Assembly: GCA_041690395.1 (NCBI GenBank)
Contig: JAWLHJ010000003.1
Span: 32,001 to 96,000, forward strand
Reading direction: 5' to 3'
DNA: 64,000 nt
Source of the DNA: Longimicrobiales bacterium
Lineage (GTDB): Bacteria > Gemmatimonadota > Gemmatimonadetes > Longimicrobiales > Gaopeijiaceae
Position numbers and translations under genes: made by a program. Below the pieces are notes generated by a model, which made no database searches, had not been told where the DNA came from, and was given only the letters and a program-made list of their open reading frames with translations. Shown here in pieces: positions 62,732 to 64,000 of this stretch (position 1 is the stretch's first letter; the number at the start of each line of letters is the position of its first letter).

Positions 62732-63422
62732 GCAGAAGATCAGCGCGTTCGACGCGATCGAAGACGGCCCCGCGCCGTCCGATCCGGTCCGCGCGCCAGC
62801 TCCGCGCTTCCCGGCGGCCGAGAGCGACCATCCGTCGATCGTGGCGCTCGGACGCGAGTTCGGTGACGCCATCCTCGGACAGCGTGAGACCGCGGGTGAC
62901 CAGCACGTGGTCTGGATCGATCCGGCCCGGAACCTCGACGTGCTGGGCTGGCTCAAGGACGACCCGGACCAGGCGTACGACATGATGTCCGACGTGACCG
63001 GGGTGGATTACGGGAACGGTCGCCCCGTCGAGGTCGTCTACCAGATGTACTCGACCCGGCACAAGCGGGCGCTTCGCGTACGCGCCCCGCTGCCGGTCGA
63101 CGCGCTCCGGATCCACTCGGTGGCGCCGCTCTGGCAGGCCGCGGATTGGCTCGAGCGAGAGGTGTACGACATGTTCGGCGTCACGTTCGAGGGACACCCG
63201 AACCTCATTCGGATCCTCATGCCGCTCGACTACGACGAGGGGCATCCGCTGCGCAAGGACTTCCCGCTGCGTGGACGGTACTCGCGCGCGGAGCAGACCC
63301 GGCGCGCGCTCAACCAGGACGTGGACCGCTTCTACTCGGAAGAGGTGCTCGCCCAGGGCCGAGAGCCGCAGGAGGCCGAGGCCGAGATCGGAACCCGGGG
63401 CGCGCCCGAGGGAGACGTCTGA
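62724..63422 (+). CDS. nuoC: NADH-quinone oxidoreductase subunit C
   Basis: [26 protein letters not shown]. Confidence 0.96.
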   Translation: MTEQKISAFDAIEDGPAPSDPVRAPAPRFPAAESDHPSIVALGREFGDAILGQRETAGDQHVVWIDPARNLDVLGWLKDDPDQAYDMMSDVTGVDYGNGRPVEVVYQMYSTRHKRALRVRAPLPVDALRIHSVAPLWQAADWLEREVYDMFGVTFEGHPNLIRILMPLDYDEGHPLRKDFPLRGRYSRAEQTRRALNQDVDRFYSEEVLAQGREPQEAEAEIGTRGAPEGDV

Positions 63423-64000
63423 TGGCCCAGAAGACCGTGGAGATCCCCGTCGGCCGGAGCCCCGAGATGGGCGTCGACGGCCGTCCCGTGCGGAGCCCGC
63501 TCCAGCCGTTCGACATCCCGGAGCCGCAGCTCGGCACGGAGCGCATGCTCATCAACATCGGGCCTCAGCATCCGGCCACGCACGGCGTGCTCCGGTTGGT
63601 CTGCGAGCTCGACGGTGAGACCGTGACGCGCGTGGTGCCCGACATCGGGTACCTGCACTCGTCGTTCGAGAAGCTCGGCGAGTACCGGACCTGGAACCAG
63701 ATCGTCCCGCTGACCGACCGCATGGACTACCTCGCGCCGCTGATCTACAACTGCGCGTACGTCATGTCGGTCGAGAAGCTGATGGGCATCGAGGTGACCG
63801 AGCGGTGCAAGGTCGTGCGGGTCATCCTCATGGAGATGGACCGGATCTTCGGCCACCTCCTCTGGCTCGGCACGACGGCCATCGACGTGGGCGCGTTCAC
63901 GCCGTTCCTCTACGCGTTCCAGGAGCGGGAGAAGATCTACCAGCTCCACGAGACGCTGACGGGCGCGCGCATCACGACGTCCGCGACCCGGGTGGGCGGC
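63422..64000 (+). CDS. nuoD: NADH-quinone oxidoreductase subunit D (truncated by window end)
   Basis: Manual translation from ATG 63422: NIGPQHPATHGVLRL, IGYLH...EK, DRMDY. Confidence 0.95.
   Translation, partial: MAQKTVEIPVGRSPEMGVDGRPVRSPLQPFDIPEPQLGTERMLINIGPQHPATHGVLRLVCELDGETVTRVVPDIGYLHSSFEKLGEYRTWNQIVPLTDRMDYLAPLIYNCAYVMSVEKLMGIEVTERCKVVRVILMEMDRIFGHLLWLGTTAIDVGAFTPFLYAFQEREKIYQLHETLTGARITTSATRVGG

Overview
High-GC bacterial chromosome segment. The lineage is probably Gemmatimonadota, inferred from composition and gene order but not provable here. Housekeeping blocks are thrS-infC-rpmI-rplT-pheST-zapA-rny-folD-xseAB-ispA-dxs-nadK-recN, tRNA-Gly/tRNA-Cys, rho, tesA/ybbAP, copCD, dcd and nuoABCD. 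The standout is a ~14 kb, tightly packed 12-gene cluster (5198-19071). It combines a GTP-derived pyrimidine/pterin module (GTP cyclohydrolase II, creatininase-family deformylase, reductase-only RibD, atypical PTPS), tailoring enzymes (MDR dehydrogenase, GT4, two methyltransferases), a lipid-carrier set (CDP-alcohol phosphotransferase, UPF0104 flippase, LtaS/OpgB-like transferase) and periplasmic glucan genes opgG-opgH. OpgH is fused in one reading frame to the GTP cyclohydrolase II. The inferred function is a glucan or envelope decoration with a GTP-derived head group. Other notable items: two tandem 233-bp hairpin-rich units bounded by copies of the tRNA-Cys 3' end, a candidate tRNA-Thr anticodon-mimic operator before thrS, a structured infC leader with an AUC start, and an orphan egtD facing a betaine-type ABC importer. 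No CRISPR array, transposase or integrase was seen. Start codons were chosen by eye, and product calls rest on motif recognition, not database searches.
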